Below are positions 12,930-25,123 of a stretch of 64,000 bases of DNA, in pieces. Position numbers and translations under genes: made by a program. The stretch is from Bigelowiella natans CCMP2755. Its lineage: Eukaryota; Protista; Cercozoa. Below the pieces are notes generated by a model, which saw nothing but the letters and a program-made list of their open reading frames with translations, did no database searches and had not been told where the DNA came from. Numbering within the stretch: position 1 is the stretch's first letter; each line of letters begins with the position of its first letter. The stretch covers positions 1-64,000 of the forward strand of contig ADNK01000427.1 of the NCBI GenBank assembly GCA_000320545.1, read 5' to 3'.

Positions 12930-14359
12930 ATGGAGGAGGTCATCTCACGATTCCTGTTTGTCTTTGGCTTACTTGCTGCTACAACAGCCGCTCCGATCAC
13001 GGGCAGGATTGAACTCGATGGGCCCGATTTTCAACTCTCATGGAAACTGTCAAATGCCTCAGCGGCGGGGCAAGGCGAAATCGAATTCACCCTGGATTGG
13101 AGGGGGGGATACGACTGGGCAGCCTTTGGCCTCCACCCAAAACCTGGATCAGGCATGCCTAATGCAGAAATCTTCATGTGTAATCCCTCATCAAATGATG
13201 ACAAGTTTTGCCAAGTGCGCTACACGGAAAATGGATATAATGCCCCGGAAATCAGCCCCAGCCAATACATAAAGTTGATTTCATCTTCAAGGGATCCTAA
13301 AACTGGAACTGCGCAAGCTGTCTTCAGCCGCCCTGTGCTCGCTGACTCTGCATCTAAAATATCTTATCAAATTGGCTATAATACTACAATGGGGCTCATA
13401 TATGCACGTGGTGCGTGGCAGCAAGGAAATCCAATTAAACATGACGGAACTGCGGGCCGCTCGGAGGTTAATTTTTTCAACAATTCACCTGAACCTGGAC
13501 CTCCGACGCCCGCACCTACTCCTGCAGCGAAGAAGGCAGGGGTTTGGCCAAGTCGTCATGATGCCAACATGACGATAGCCATGAGCCAACCAGTGAAAGA
13601 CAACCGCACTCTCACGACTGGTCTCCGTGCTCGACTCCGGTATGACTTTCCTGCTCGTTCTCAGTTATGGGAATACTTTGATATGGAGACCAGAGCACCT
13701 GTAGGTGGTGAATTATGGATCGATGAGATCCTGTACTCCTTCGACGGTAAGGACAACTGCGCTGTCACTAACATGACTTTCGATATTATATCGCCCAACT
13801 GGCTACAAGGAACACATTATGCTTCCACTAATTTCCTCCTTCGTCAATCGGTCTCGAAGTTTACAGAGGAAGAAACAGCCTGCAACTTCAGCGACTACAC
13901 CCTCTCGGATCTATTTCAGTTGCCGAATACAATTGCAATGACGAATAGTTGGCTTGTGGTGGACAGGTATCTGGATAAATGTGGATTATTTTGATTACTG
14001 TATTTCTTTTCGCAATTTTTAAAAATCATCGTGCATCGTAGAAGAAACACGTTGTCAAAACCCCCACAGATTCTCCCATTAATTTACTTTTCTGTTCCAT
14101 CAGTCCAATCGCCGAACCCATTCGACTTGAGGGACCTGATGATTTCAACGAACCAACGTATCGTAGCATTCTCGAATACAGAACCTTCAAGCCGGTCAGC
14201 AAGTTTGATGCAAGCGTATTCGCAATTCCTGCGCCCTGCAAACAAGAGGCCCTTCGCCTGTTTGGTAACGCAGATAGAGAGTCAGTTTCGCTACCCCAGT
14301 ATAAGGGAGGGACTCATACGGCCTTCTTTTGGAACCTTGCCCGAGAAACGAGCAATTAA
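12930..14359 (+). CDS. Secreted DOMON-domain protein with C-terminal At4g14100/ependymin-like domain, 2 exons
   Basis: Signal peptide; DOMON FQLSW...WAAFGL..GMPNAEIF...GLIYARG...KH; Pro linker; IISPNWLQGTHY and FAIPAPC after intron ~13967-14103. Confidence 0.75.
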
Positions 14360-14960
14360 CTACACGAGTTATACACCTGAACACTGCGTTTTCGCGAATG
14401 GCACGCTCGTGAAAAGTACCTTCAAATCGAAACATTCAACGTTCAGCACGTCGAGCGTCCATGAGTGCTGTGATGATAGCTCGCATTTGTGTTGATCAAG
14501 TCCAGAAGTTGTGCTGGGTAGATAGAGACGTTATGTGTGTTGAAAAGATTTAACATGTTCATTACATCTGTCTCATACATAGAGAATATATGCAAATTAC
14601 TTGTCTCTTTCCCTTGCCTGCTAAAAATAGCACGATGTGCATGGCAATGTCGTTCTGGCGCATCCACGCACGTGCACTGCCGCCCGCTGACGCTTGCATG
14701 ACTCATGATGGCGCATGCTACATAAAAACTTATGTGTGCGCGTCACATCATTAAAATGCTGTTTTAATTCTGCGCCTTTTACGCCATCGACTTTGCAAAA
14801 ATGTTAAAACTGACTTCGATCATGCACACCATCGTTTACCAAGCAATCCAGCAATATCTGCTGAACAGCGGAGAATATATTTCGTCGGCCGTCGGCCGTG
14901 CATACGATATTTACGTATCAGTATATATCAGGACTGTGGCAGAAACCAACAGATGCAACA

Positions 14961-15045
14961 TTAGCGCTGTAGCCGCTGCATTGCACAGCTACATCAGGAT
15001 GACCATTGAAAAAATTTAATTCTTCATCACATCCGTCTCATATAT
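14961..15045 (+). repeat. Dispersed repeat family R2 copy
   Basis: agcgctgtagccgc...aggatgaccattgaaaaaatttaa...catccgtctcatatat shared with 37882-37965; partial copies at 14540-14580 and inverted at 50173-50296. Confidence 0.85.
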
Positions 15046-15307
15046 CAGGACTTATTTGTATTCTCACGTGCAAACGACTTTTCCACTACCATTCACAAAG
15101 GCTCTGCGTCTCCACACGAGCTCGAGCCTAGGCAGTCTACGTGTGCATCGGCAGCATGCACCACAGCACAGCTAGACCTTTTGCGTTTTCTTAATGATAC
15201 ATTTGCATTTATTCCGACGTTCCAAATTATTAAAGATCGCCTGGAAGTCAGTGTTTTCATCATGCAAAAATTATTCGCTTATTATCTGGGTCAGACTTTT
15301 GCTAAAA

Positions 15308-16271
15308 TTAAAAAAATCTGTCCCAAAAAGATCCTGCCATCTCGAACATATTCAAGATGATGAAATTATGCAACCAATTTGCACCAGCTGTAACACTAGC
15401 ACCCCGATACAATCCAAAGAGTCCTTCATCACGTGCAATCTTTAGAAATGCCATTGCCAACCCAGTGTATTTGTTCGGTGATGCTATGATACGATTTCTA
15501 ACCGAATCAAACGGGGCCATGAAAAGTGTAACACAGCAAGATGATAAAGCACTAAACATGACGGTCTTCATTGTTGCATTTACGTCGAGATGTGATCCTG
15601 CTCTTTGCTGTAGAAAATCAAATGATGCAACTCCTGTTATGTTGTTGACAACAGTACGCGCCATAGCTGCGGGGAACACCTTTCAAAAATACCTAAGTCA
15701 GCGACAGTAGAGCGTTGTTGTGATATTGTGAAGAACCACCTTTTTGAAATCAGAGGCAAATTTGGGACAGCAGAGCAGAGAGGATAAGCCGTGAAATACA
15801 TGTCGATATCGAGATATTCCATACCACATGTCTTTTATCTGACGAATCTTGATTTTATCAAAAGGAATCTGCAAAGGTACTGCGAGTACTCCTGCAGCTG
15901 TAGCGCATGCTATGAGTTCCTGAAAAGATAATGCCTCTCCATTTTTGGCATCGGAAATTTTTCTTGTAAAAATACGATGCAGTCCAACACGAGTGACACC
16001 ATAAGTCCATTGGCGCATAACTTCACTCGAATATCCAGTCCAAAACCCCCCCACTCCTTCGTACTTCGCAGTACTCTTCAATATGTCTATACCATTTGCA
16101 GCGGCTTTCCTTGGAAGTACCGCATTGGGACTTTGGTAGTAGCAAAATGAGTATACACTGGTGGGGACATATGAAGAGCTCAGTAGTTGTCGCCTGATTC
16201 TAATAACGTCTGTTAGAAAATTAAAAGGAAGTATTAAGCCTCGGAAAGTCACAGAGAGAACGAGGGAAAGG

Positions 16272-16314
<43 letters not shown>

Positions 16315-16515
16315 CATCGATGTCAAAGTTTAATCACCAAGAGGGGCTGTGATCCCAGATGCAAAGCTTGCGGATACCCCTGCGCAGAAGAGATTACGAC
16401 TAACCATTATCAAGTCTTTCTGTTTTGATGGTTCTCTCCCCTTAACTGCAGGATGAAGACGACATTTATACATTGCAATTAAGCCTAACGAAGATATTAC
16501 AGCGAAAATATCCAT
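15308..16515 (-). CDS. Mitochondrial carrier family protein (2-oxoglutarate/malate or dicarboxylate carrier-like), 3 exons
   Basis: Three Px[DE]xx[KR] signatures PLDVIRIR, PFDKIKIR, PFDSVRNR; EGVGGFWTG; RQWTYGVTRVG; EGLFGLYRG. Confidence 0.85.
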
Positions 16516-16548
16516 TTTCTAACACAAACAAGAGAAGAAAATAGAGGT

Positions 16549-16750
16549 ATTGGTAAGCAATTTTCACCCCCGCTACATCATCCGAAACGCAATGTTCCAA
16601 GAGCGAAAGCTTGCAGGGGGGATTCCGATGCAAACACGTGCAACGCGCCGTCGCTATCATGCTACTAGAAGTAACTACTCGGTTTAGAACAATTGTGTTA
16701 CTCTACGTTTCTTCCGGAAGCTGGTTGGTTGAGGAAGAGGGTGCGAGCTT
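16549..16750 (+). repeat. Dispersed repeat family R1, copy A (TpA-intact)
   Basis: About 200 bp matching the reverse complement of 24925-25123, with a long identical core tcatccgaaacgcaatgttccaagagcgaaagcttgcaggggggattccgatgcaaacacgtgcaac. Confidence 0.9.
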
Positions 16751-17128
16751 GCAACAACCAACCACGCCCACATTTGGGTACTACTGCTCGTTGTACTCAC
16801 AGAAACAAGCAATCACTGGTCGGCAGGTCTCAGTCACCTCTTCTCATTGTTAGGCTACTCCCCCCGCTACTAACGGGAACTGCCACAAACCCGAAGAAAT
16901 CAAACCGATGTATGAATAAATAAAAGGGTTCTATTCTGTTTTTGCGACAATCATTCTGAGGCCTTTTTGTAGGATGTTTCCCAGTACTACATGTACGGCA
17001 TGAAATGGGCATTTCCGCTGTTCATCGGCCTGCAGAGCCAGCACCGACATCGGCACAGCAGGACGGAAGCAGAGGGGTACCACACTTGCGACCTATCTCC
17101 CAGTGGGAGGCGGACAAACTAGCCGAGA

Positions 17129-19431
17129 ATGGTCGGTTTGAAAACCACTGTTCAAAGAGGAATAGTTTCATCTCTATCCCTTCTTCTTCTTCCATTGTCC
17201 CTACTGCTAATCTACATTCTTGCCATTTCATCTTCATCCAGTGCTCCACAAACGCAATATCAGAGAACTACCACTCAGAGAGTAGTAGTACCCTTAAGAT
17301 TGTCCTGCAAGGGGACAGGCACCACACGTAAAGTTGGATTCCATCCAATTCCAATAGATCAGGTTAGAGAACAACCTGCGGGACGACGACGACAATGGAA
17401 TTATGGTTCCAGTAGAGGGTGGTTCACAACCAGATATCCATCTCGCTCGGTACAACTCCCAGCTGCAGGAAAAGGTTTCGGCAGTAGCGATAAGGGTGGA
17501 AAACGCAGCTCAGTCTCAAAGAAAGACGGCAAAAAGTTGCAGCAGTCGTCAGAAGAAGAAATCGCCCTTCAGAGTGTGTCTCAGCAGAGGGATCCCAATG
17601 CGCTACCAGATGGTGCTCCACCATCGGATGATCTCCCGCCTTGGAGTCAGGTTCTCATGACTGTTCTGTTGTTTAAATACTACTCCATTTTAGAATCGCG
17701 AGCGAGAACTCAATAAAATGATAATAATGATACTAAATGATATGATTTAGGACGATGAGCGAGAGTTGAACAAACTAATTGGGGAAGGCTGGCAAGACCA
17801 GATGAAAGCTGAACTTGATGCCGAACAAACGCGAAGAATAAAAGCGACAAAAGACTCCGCAGGCAATTCCGATGTGGCAAATCCCCATTATGACGACATA
17901 CACGGACCTCTTGGCCTGGGTGTCACGCCTCTGATCCCTGAATCGTACAGCATCGTCGGGAATACTACATTGTTGCGATGTCAGCAGTACTATCAAGAAA
18001 TTATGGAGTACATTAAGGATCAGGACACTGCCGCTGCTGCTGCTACTGGTGGTGGTGGTGGGGGAGGAGGCGATAACAGCGAACAGCCTCAGGTGCCAGT
18101 CATACGTCTTCTGGATGAAACGCTTGCAAACCTGCATACCACCCTTGATAGCCTGATCACTCTCAATGCTCTCACCAGTGATGAGGAGATTAAAGAAATC
18201 ATCCCCCCTACCATTAACATCCTAGCAAACTTTGAGACAGAGCTAAGGCTAGATCCTGATTTGGCAAAAGCAATTGCAAATGATCTGAAGGGGAAAGGCC
18301 CTCTCCACACTGAAGAAGAGAAAATCTTAGCTCAACGTTGGGTAAAAGAGTGGAAAGAATCTTCAGCATCAATGCCGCTAGCAAAGCAGGCACAGACACG
18401 TGAACTTCTCTCAATCTTATTTTCAGCGATGTCGGAATATACGGAAAATATATACAACAATAATCGAACATTAACAGTAACAAGTGATGTAGCAATGTTT
18501 CTTCCACAGCAGCAGCAGGATGTTCTTAAATACTACCTGGGACTTTATGATGAAACACCTATCCCTCGCGGTCAAAATCTTACCCTCCCAGCTAACATAT
18601 TCTTTGCGGGGCCTTTCCTCCGACACATACCATATGGTAAACTAAGGGAAGAGATGTACTATAAGTATGAATCGATTCCAGAAAACTTGAATGTTTTGGA
18701 GACGATCCTCGATGCTCGCTATAAGTTAGCAAACCTCTATGGAAAGGAGACGTATGCCCATCTCACAACAGAAACGAGCATTTTTGAAGATCCACAGCAT
18801 GTCGTAACGTTTTTGGAAAATGCATCAAAAAAAGTGCTGCCAAAATCACATGCCCAAACGAAAATTCTCGAGAATCTTAAACGACAAACAGAGGTCAGTT
18901 TTCACAATTTTAATAACATCATCCAGAAGATTGGTTCAACGGAATTTGTACATCATTCTCATCCTTTTCCTCTCCTTCCTCTTTTTCTTTTTTTCTTCTT
19001 GTTCTCCTCTCTGAATAAAGGGGGTTGATACTGCTATCAATGACTGGGATATTGAGTATTACGTGTCAAAGGCTAGTGGTTCCATGGCAAATTTGGAGTA
19101 CGATAAGGTGGGTACCTACTTGTACGTCATCTTCCATGTTGCTGTAGTGGTAGTAGTAGTAGTAGAAGTACCTTAATTTAGTGAGATCGACATTACAGTC
19201 ACACATATTTTGTATGACTTTACCATCTAGGTCAAAGAATACTTTCCAATCGATGTAGTTGTGGATGGGATGCGGTTTGTCGCCGAACGTTTATTTGGAG
19301 TCAGTTTCATTGACGATACAGCTAAGGCTTTCGAGAAAGGTAAGCTGATGGCATGGAAATATGTTGGATAACGAGAGGGTGCCATCAAACTGCCTTATAT
19401 GTTACATGTAAATCGTGTTTGCGTTTGTGTT

Positions 19432-19470
<39 letters not shown>

Positions 19471-20836
19471 CACAATGTTGGAAATCCTTTCGATCGGAAT
19501 ACACTTTGATGTCGTAATGAAAATCATAAAAATGGTGTTTGTTGGCTCAGGTGACCTCTGGGATGCAAGTATTGTGCGTCTGAATGTGAGGGATAGCAAC
19601 GATGATGCGGCCCTAGGCTACATATACCTTGATCTCTTTGATCGTAGCTACAAACAAAAAGAGGCGCTTACTCTTCGTGCGAGGGCAGGATATAGGTAGC
19701 AAAACACAATACTTGTAATCGCAGTACATATCATGGGTTTTTGTTCTCTCCAAGATTTAATTTGTATACCTCTTTTCTCCTTCCCCCCTCCCCCTCTCAC
19801 TCTCATTTGCAGTCGTCGTCATAGCACTACTGGGAAAAGGGAAAGAAGGGGAGCTCGCACAGTTCTTTCAACATCAATCGCAGCCAATGATGATCCTGAG
19901 AAACCCACACTCCTCACGCACGAAGAAGTGAGAACTCTGTTTCATGAATTCGGCCACTGCCTACATGAAATCCTATCAGACACGGAAAGCTATGGGACTT
20001 CTGGATGCCAAGGGCTTGGGGCGCAAACCGATTTTGTTGAAATTGCGGCTGTTATGATGGAACGTTTTGCTTGGGTAAGACTACGCAACGACGGCATGAT
20101 AAGTTTGTTCGCATGATATACTTTCTTAAAGTGCGTATCGCTGTTTTCTCCATTGTCATCGAAATTTCTGTGTGTTGACGAATCAATAGGATCCCCGCGT
20201 ACTCGGAACTTTCGCGACACACTACAAGACACGTGAACCACCCCCTGATAAAATGTTACTTAATCTTGCGAATACAAGAAAGGCATTTGCTGCGGTAGGG
20301 AAGTGTTGTGTGAGCAGTGATCGTTTAGAGATGTTTGTGTAGTAACATTTCTCGAAATACTGTAGAGGAGTGAAGACTAAAGCTCATTGATAACATGGTA
20401 GGTTCGGGCACAAGAAAAAATCGCTTTTGCACTTCTTGATCAAGAGTACGTGAAAAAGTTACAGAGCCTTCCAAATCTGAATTATGGTGTACATCTCTAT
20501 CGTGGTCCAAATCTTGACAATTCTCTTCTAATGGTCTTTTCTATGCTTACTCAGATTATTTGTGCGTTCCTTCCACTATTGATCATTCATGCCAATATAA
20601 ATCATCACCAGGTATCACAGTGACTGGAGTGCTCACGCCCAGGTTGAGGAGGATAAGGGGAAGAAGGAGGAAAGTGATGATCCTGCTCCATCACGAACAA
20701 GCAGCCTTATGAGTAGAATTTTCAGTCAACATTTCCCAGTCAAAAGCGCACGGTAAGTCGTGTCTCTCATTTCGTATTTGAACGCTTTGAGGATATTTTA
20801 GTGCCGTTGTGTTATAAGCTCTATCTTATATCATAC

Positions 20837-20908
<72 letters not shown>

Positions 20909-21217
20909 TTCCTGCTGCACCCATAAATCACTAAAAGGAATCCATTTGGAGGCTCATGGGAAACGAAGTGGAGCCACTTAGCAGAAGCTGCCTATGCCGG
21001 AAGCTACTTCACGTACATCGTGGCAGAAGTTGTTTGTGCAAATATATGGGAAAAACTCTTTGAAATAGATCCCCTGAACATTGAGGCAGGAAAAACATAC
21101 CAAGAACACGTTCTTGCCCCAGGAAACAAAAAAGATCCAAAAGGAGTACTTCGTGATCTACTTGGAGATGACTATTTAAATCTCGATGCATGGTTGCGTT
21201 CGATGGGAGCCTTATAA
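17129..21217 (+). CDS. M3-family metallopeptidase (mitochondrial intermediate peptidase/oligopeptidase A-like), multi-exon
   Basis: LLTHEEVRTLFHEFGHCLHEILS zinc motif, GYIYLDLFDRSYK, DFVEI, YAGSYFTY, VLAPGNKKDP. Confidence 0.9.
20840..20902. repeat. (TA)n microsatellite in an intron
   Basis: Direct reading; others at ~28196-28236 and ~28884-28930, all intronic. Confidence 0.95.
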
Positions 21218-22523
21218 ATAGACTGTATGACCAAAATTTGCCCATCTTTCCTTTTGCATGAAACAATCATTCGTTGCACAATTTGATGAAGAAAGCGGAT
21301 TTGCTGAGGAGTTTGGAATTGTTTTGCATGCGCGTGCTACGCTAACAGACCCTAGGACCTGCTGTGGCAGATTGAACCGCAAAGATGGTCTAACGACAAT
21401 TGAATTTCAAGCTAGAACTAGTAGTGTAAAACATGCATTCAATGACGCACGACAAGTCATTCCGTGCTGGCATCTTCAGCGCATACCAGCACTGCATGTG
21501 ATCACATGATCTTGAACTTGCTAGCTTGGTGCAGTTCAAGCTAGACTAGTAGAGTCATCCAGTTGTTCGATCATTTGTTTTTCTACATTTTCTTGCTCTG
21601 TGGTGCTCAATGTGGATGCGCGCATGGTGGTGCAATGCTAGCAATGCTGTGCGCGTCGCATGCGATCATCACGTTCTCAACTCTAGGCACTGTCAAGCTC
21701 TGCTGTGATTTTTTGTGCAGCTGACGTGAGGACATCGTTTGCACAGTCGATCCTTTGTGAAGATCGAACTAGCGAAACTCATTGCAATTTCGCATCGCGC
21801 AATGAACGCTAGAACGGCAGCAATCGGTGATCGAGCAATCGGATAGTGCACGTGCTAGCGTGTGCACCACTTCCAGGCTTGTTTGACTTCGATTCACCGC
21901 AACTTTGTCGTGCACGTGCCAAGCAGCTAGCCAGCCTCGTGCAGGACACGCACGTCGTGTGGTTCAGGACATCCAAATCGAAGTGGCCATGCGCACAGCA
22001 CGCACGGACGCACAGCAGCACTGCCCTTGGCCCCGCAGTGTTTTGGAAATGTAGTTCCTCATCATTGTTCATTGTTCACAACGTGTTCGTTGTGTGCAGG
22101 CGGTGAACAAATCCACAACGACGATGATGATGATGATCACAGTAGACCCAAAAAAGTCCATCCTAACCACAACTAATCCTCTTCATCTACCCCCCTCCCT
22201 GTCGTCTCTCCTTGGCCCATCTCATGCATGCTCTCCATGATCTCTTCCTCCCTCCCTCGAAAAGAGCATCGTGGGTGGGGAACGACCAGCATGCGCTTGA
22301 CGAATGTCGGCGAGTCGCACTTTCACTGTGTTTCCGGTGCAAAATCCTGTCTTGGTATTTTTTAGAGGATTTTGAAATTATTGCTTGTCGCAGACATCAG
22401 GTCGCATCATATCTTCAGCGGGTTTCGAAGAGGCAACTTCAGACAACGTGATTGTGATGGATGGCTGGGCAGGTCTCATGATGACCCTTTCGAATCAAGC
22501 ACACCCTCATCACGAGCGGTAGC

Positions 22524-23645
22524 ATGGAAGCGAAGTACCCAGTATTAGTTGCCGCTGGTATCCTCTTTTTCCTTCTGGGCTGGTATGAGCCTGATTGCAT
22601 GGGGGGGGCGGATGAGTGCAGTCATGCATCCCTCGACGAAGTTGTTTTCCATCTGACCGAGAGAGAGGTGGAGAGCAAACACGCCATCGTTACCATGGTG
22701 TGCAAAACCCACAACAGCACGTGGGACTACCCGAGTGGCTTGGGCTCTGAGACGGCTGTCATTGTTCACGGAGAAATGTTGCGGAACATGCAGAATGATG
22801 ATATAGACACCGTTCTCTTGCTGGCCACCCACGGACCTTGCATGGGTCTGGAGCACTGGGAACTCGGAAAATACGTTGATGGTCTTTACGATCGAGTAAT
22901 TACGCTAACGGGCGATACGAAACTTGAGCAGTTAGTGTATGGTTGGAAACATCAAGTTCACTTATGGTTGAAGCTTCTTTCCATTAACATGACCGAGTAT
23001 GAGAAAGTAGTCTGGCTAGGCTACGACACCTTAGCCTTTCGGGAACTTAACAAGGCGTTTGTGGATTGTCACGGGGCATGCATGAGCCGACGTGGGAATG
23101 CGGATTTCATGGTCTTTCCAACCGACCAAACAGAAATGGATCGCTTGTATAAGATTTTAAAGGATGGAGGGCCTTCCAGCTACGATGGGGTAAGTTCATA
23201 CGATAGTGCGTTTATGAAAAAGAACTACCGGTTTTCGATGGGCCCCATTAGTTGGGGTGAGTACTCAATTATACACTTCACTCTTCACAGCAAGCCTTGG
23301 TTTCAAGTTTATTGTCAGAGTCTTCCAGAAGGGCATATTCTCCCTGCAGGTCCATCAGTATCGAAAAACTTTCTCGGTCCCAAAAAAGGAGTGAACGAGA
23401 AAACCTGGTGGTGCCAACCGCGGCCTATTGTGAACTTATGGCAATATGTCTTTTGGAAGGTTCTGTTCAGCACGATTTCGGTTGAGGATGCGCTAAAAAC
23501 GAAGGAGCAACTAGGATTTAAAGATTCGTTTCTTGATGATTTTCCAGGAGCTGCAGCATGTTCAAACGCCGTGAAGGACTTGACAAATGCCCCGAGGTTG
23601 CCGGGAGAACCTGATGGCACGCTTATTTCGAAGTGGTGCACTTGA
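22524..23645 (+). CDS. Glycosyltransferase family 8-like protein, intronless, N-terminal signal/anchor
   Basis: KLLSINMTEYEKVVWLGYDTL and IIHFTLHSKPW match the GT8/glycogenin-like pattern; DxD degenerate. Confidence 0.7.
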   Translation: MEAKYPVLVAAGILFFLLGWYEPDCMGGADECSHASLDEVVFHLTEREVESKHAIVTMVCKTHNSTWDYPSGLGSETAVIVHGEMLRNMQNDDIDTVLLLATHGPCMGLEHWELGKYVDGLYDRVITLTGDTKLEQLVYGWKHQVHLWLKLLSINMTEYEKVVWLGYDTLAFRELNKAFVDCHGACMSRRGNADFMVFPTDQTEMDRLYKILKDGGPSSYDGVSSYDSAFMKKNYRFSMGPISWGEYSIIHFTLHSKPWFQVYCQSLPEGHILPAGPSVSKNFLGPKKGVNEKTWWCQPRPIVNLWQYVFWKVLFSTISVEDALKTKEQLGFKDSFLDDFPGAAACSNAVKDLTNAPRLPGEPDGTLISKWCT

Positions 23646-24382
23646 TATGCGTCACACACACAACTCTAGAACTACAGTTGTCACGATGCGTTAATGCACA
23701 CACACACACACACACACCGTGCACACTCATGCAGTGGCAAATACTGTGATGTGAACGTTCTGCCATTTCGGATTGCTAGATTGCACAAACTAAGCAAAGT
23801 GCTTCGGTGCAGATGAAAGCTCGATCATGGCTGATGGGGAAATGTGCATGCACGTGAGCGCTAGCTCTGCAAAAATTTCATTGCAAACCCACGAAACTTG
23901 CCATGCGCGGAGTTTGAACAAGTTGTGGACAGGCTTGCAGAATTTCGACATCTCATTCGCACGCACAAACAACTGAATGATGGACATGATGCACATTGTG
24001 CATTGCTGTGTCTGTTTTCTGAGCTTCGTTCTGGCATGCACGTGCGTCTAGACATCACAAATTGTGCCGCCATGTGTGTGACGGCGATCAACAGCTGTGA
24101 TGGTGCGTCGCTGCTTTGAAACAACGATCGATCGACCCAGCCACCAACAGAGGTCGTGCTGGCCAGATCAACACAAGTTGATCGGGCAGCATCGAGATGT
24201 GTCAAAGAGAACCACGTGATGTGAACAGCACCCTCTAGGCCTGTCACACTGCACGGGCTAGCGGGTTGTCTTGTTGGCTCGTTGGCCCTCAGCTTCGAAG
24301 AGGCTTCAGAACGAAAGAAGCTTGTGAGCTGGCGGTGCCAGGCTAGCAGGCTGGCTGACTGGCTTGAAGCTGCGCTGCACAC

Positions 24383-24415
<33 letters not shown>

Positions 24416-24924
24416 AGAGAGAGAGCGGGGGGCGGAGCTAGAGGGTGTGTGTGGGGGTGCACAACGAATGCGGTGCACGTGCAGTGAACACGCAAGCGAA
24501 CTTCAGTTCGTGCTGCGCCATGACGTCTGGCAATTTTTGTGTCTGATCATTGCATGAGCTGCTGTGTTGACTGCCTCTGCTCACAAAGTGATGATGAGAC
24601 AGAACAAATTTGCGGAGATCTGGTGCATCCTCTAGCGCTGACCACTGCAACCACAGCCACTCGTTTTTCGTGGGCTTTGTTCCATCGCATCGACTCGTTC
24701 ACCTGGCTCCCACTGCTAGACTGACCCAGACAACCAATCATGCAAGTTCTTTGTGATGGGAGCAGAGACAAAACCTTCAGAGATTTTGAAGTCCAGGAGT
24801 GGTTGCTGTGTGAGAAAAAGCATCTCATGCGTGCGCTCACGTTCAATGGAGAAACGGTCAGCGAGCTGGACGTCAAGTGCTGCAGCTCTTCGCGCGCGTG
24901 GTCGTTGCTGTCATTGCTGCGGCT

Positions 24925-25123
24925 TGCACTCTCTTCCACAACCAAACCAGCTTCCGGAATGAACACAGCAGCAACACAATTGTTCTGAACCGAGCAGTTG
25001 CTTCTAGCAGCATGAGAGCGACGGCGAGTTGCACGTGTTTGCATCGGAATCCCCCCTGCAAGCTTTCGCTCTTGGAACATTGCGTTTCGGATGACAGAGC
25101 GGGGGTGAAAACTGCTCACCAAT
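24925..25123 (-). repeat. Dispersed repeat family R1, copy B (TpA-erased)
   Basis: Inverted copy of 16549-16750. Confidence 0.9.

Noticed and set aside
15637-15760. Apparent frameshift in the mitochondrial carrier
   Set aside because: A GT-AG intron (AAG|gtggtt...ttgaaag|GTG) restores the frame: DFKK-VFPAAMART
16549-16750. R1 as spliced-leader RNA, hammerhead ribozyme or snRNA
   Set aside because: It has a gtaagc donor-like site and a GAAA hairpin, but no CUGANGA core, clear Sm site or recognisable Rfam motif
23861-25122. Long Cys/His/Ala-rich ORFs (205 aa, 191 aa) as real genes
   Set aside because: Openness follows from loss of TAA/TAG stops in TpA-void DNA; one runs through a (GA)n tract; no recognisable domain
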